Assembly: GCF_004010195.1 (NCBI RefSeq)
Contig: NC_057755.1
Coordinates: 3,205,074-3,241,446 of the forward strand
Direction: 5' to 3'
Origin: Chiloscyllium plagiosum
Lineage: Eukaryota
DNA length: 36,373 nucleotides
Shown here: positions 34,065 to 36,373 of the stretch, piece after piece
How the letters are laid out: each line of letters begins with the position of its first letter
Position numbering within the stretch: position 1 is the stretch's first letter
Translations under genes and position numbers: made by a program
The notes under the pieces: generated by a model
Told to the model about the DNA's origin: nothing
The model's input: only the letters and a program-made list of their open reading frames with translations
Database searches by the model: none

Positions 34065-36082
34065 GTACAGGAGAGGAATTAGGCCATTTGGCCCATACAA
34101 TCGAAGATGATAAATGTTTCCAAATTCCATTCTCCTGCTTTCTCCCTGTAACCTTTGATTCGCTTACTAATCAAGAATCTATCTCTCTCTTAAATACATT
34201 CAATGGCTTCGCCTGTATAGGCTTTTGTGGCAATGAGTTCCACAGATTTAACACCCTTTAGTTGAAGAAATTCCTCCTCAGTTCCTTCACACTGACTGTG
34301 CCCTCAGGTCCTACTCTCTTCGTAACATTTGCATGTCCAGTCAATCTAGGCCTCTCAGTGCCATGTAAGTTTCAATGAGACTCCCCCCAACTATCCTTGT
34401 AAACTCGATTAAGTACAAATCCAGAGTCCTTACCTGCACCTCAAATGACAAGCCATTCATTCCTGGGATCGTTCATATAAACCTCCTCTGGAACCCTCCA
34501 AGGCCAGCACATCTATCTTTAGATATGTGGCCCACTACTGCTCACAGTATTCCTCGTCCAGTCTGACCAGAGCCTTATATAGTCTCAGCAGTTCATGCCT
34601 GCTCTTGTATTCTGGCCGTCGAAATGAATGCTCGCATTGTATTTGTTTTCCTAACTGCTTGTCAACTTTAAGCGAATCGTGAACTATGACTCCTAAGTCC
34701 ATTTGTGCTTCAGATTTCTAAAGCCTTTACCCATTTAGAAAATAGTCTATACCTCTATTTAAACCACACAACCTCACATTTTCCTACATTATATTTCAAC
34801 TGTCCAATCCTCTTGCCCATACAAGTTTTTCTGAAACCTCTCAGATTCCTCAATGCTAACTGCCTGTCCCTTCACCTATATTTGTGTCATCTGCAAATTT
34901 AGCAATAATGCCCTGAGTTCCTTCATCCAGATTGCTAATATATAATGTGAATAGTTGACCCAACACTGACTCCTGCAGAAGTCCACTAGTCAATGGCTGC
35001 CATTCTGAAAAAAAAACCTTTATCTCAATTCTCTGCTTTCTGCCAGTGAGCCAATCCACTATCCATGCCAGTACCTTGCTTCTAGCATCCAAGGCTCTGA
35101 TTTAGTAGCCTCCAGTACGGCACCTTGTCACAGTCCTTCTGGAAATCCAAATAGATCATGTCCACTGGCACTCTTTTGTCTAAATTTCTCATTACCACCT
35201 CAAAACATTTTAATAGATGTTCCAGAAATGATTTCCCTGTGGTGGAGTCATGCTGACTCAACCCTATTGTACCATGCACCTCCAAGTACTCCAAAATCTC
35301 ATCCTTAATAATGGACTCTAAAGTCTTATCAACAACTGAGGTCAGGCTAAACAGATTATAATTTCTTCTGCTTCCCTTCCTTTTTAAAAAGGAGCTTTAC
35401 ATTAGCCATTTTCCAGTCCTTTGGGAGCCTTCCTGACTCCATTAATTCCTAAGAGATCACCACCAATGTCTCCACGGTCTCCTCAGCTATCTCCTTCAAA
35501 ACCCAGGGGTGCAGTCTTTCCAATCCAGCTGATCTATCCACATTCAGATCGCTCAGCTTTCCCAACTTTAATGATGGACCCTCACTTACCTTTGACCTCT
35601 GACTCTCATAAAATTCAGGTATGCCACTGGTGTCTTCCATGGTGAAAACTGATACAAAATACCTATTCAGTGCCTCCGCCATTTCTTTGTCCCTCGTTAC
35701 TACTTCTCCAGCCTCATTTTCCAGCAATCCAATGCCTTATGCCTTTTACCTTTTATATATCCAAAAAAATCCTGCAATTTTTTTTATATTACTGGCTCGC
35801 TTGCCCTAATATTTCATATTCCCCACCCTTATTGCTTTACAAGTTGTCCTCTACTAGTTTTTAAAGATTGACCAATCTTCTGGCTTTCCACTAATCTTCA
35901 CAACATTCTTTTGCTTTTCTGCTGTGCCTGACTTCTTTTGTCAGCCATGGTTGCCTGACCTACCATTAGTATATTTTTGTCTTCCTCTCCTTGGGATGAA
36001 TTTCTGCTGTGCCTCCCAAATTATCTGCAGAAATTCCTGCCATTGCTGCTCCACCATCTTCCCTGCTAGGCTCCTCTTCCAA
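34065..36082 (-). mobile_element. Decayed CR1 LINE ORF2 and 3' end (~2 kb)
   Basis: Minus ORFs: MAEALNRYFVSVFT..LHPWVLKEIAEE; SQHDSTTGKSFL..YLDFQKDCDKVPY; SGLLQESVLG..FTLYISNL..KFADDT. 3' tail aggccatttggccc at ~34080. Confidence 0.9.
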
Positions 36083-36085
36083 TCA

Positions 36086-36373
36086 AGAAGAGAAAATGAG
36101 GTCTGCAGATGCTGGAGATCAGAGATGGAAATGTGTTGCTGGAGAAGCGCAGCAGGTCAGGCAGCATCTAGGGAACAGGAGAATCGACGTTTCGGGCATT
36201 AGCCCTTCTTCAGGAATGAGGAAAGTTTGTCCAGCAGGCTAAGATAAAAGATAGGGAGGAGGGACTTGGGGGAGGGACGTCGGAAATGTGATAGGTGGAA
36301 AAAGGGCAAGGTGAGGGTGATAGGACAGATTGGGGTAGGGGCGGAGAGGTCGGGAAGAAGATTGCAGGTTAGG
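36086..36373 (-). mobile_element. Penelope-like element 3' terminal segment, truncated by window end
   Basis: Near reverse-complement of 1-269; abuts the CR1 copy. Confidence 0.75.
36186..36213 (-). ncRNA. Minimal hammerhead-ribozyme-like core, intact
   Basis: Minus strand CUGAAGA-A-GGGC-UAAU-GCCC-GAAACGUC: both catalytic-core boxes, a perfect 4-bp helix II, palindromic ACGU in place of helix III, and a GUC triplet. Confidence 0.55.

Overview
Eukaryotic genomic DNA, almost certainly from an elasmobranch (shark): it carries HE1-type SINEs with (TCTAA)n tails, CR1 LINEs and Penelope-like elements (PLEs). The only supported protein-coding gene is the 5' half (coding exons 1-5, 592 nt, + strand, 19022-26977) of an SMARCB1/SNF5/INI1-family gene with canonical GT-AG introns. 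Exon 6 onward is not visible and lies either in the 500-N gap or beyond the window. The protein differs from my recollection of human SMARCB1 at about 20 of 197 residues, so it may be a retained paralog. An ~11.4-kb 25-bp satellite and a 33-bp minisatellite lie upstream, and a ~5.9-kb 42-bp satellite fills intron 5. The 33-bp and 42-bp repeats look derived from SINE domains. Six PLE terminal (pseudo-LTR) segments are present. Three carry a minimal hammerhead-ribozyme-like core (CUGAAGA..GAAACGUC). Four short copies break or fold back at that motif, and two of them form 73-78 bp intronic hairpins with target-site duplications. Most ORFs in the supplied track are repeat artefacts or decayed retroelement fragments. 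Family names and comparisons to reference proteins are from memory, not from database searches.
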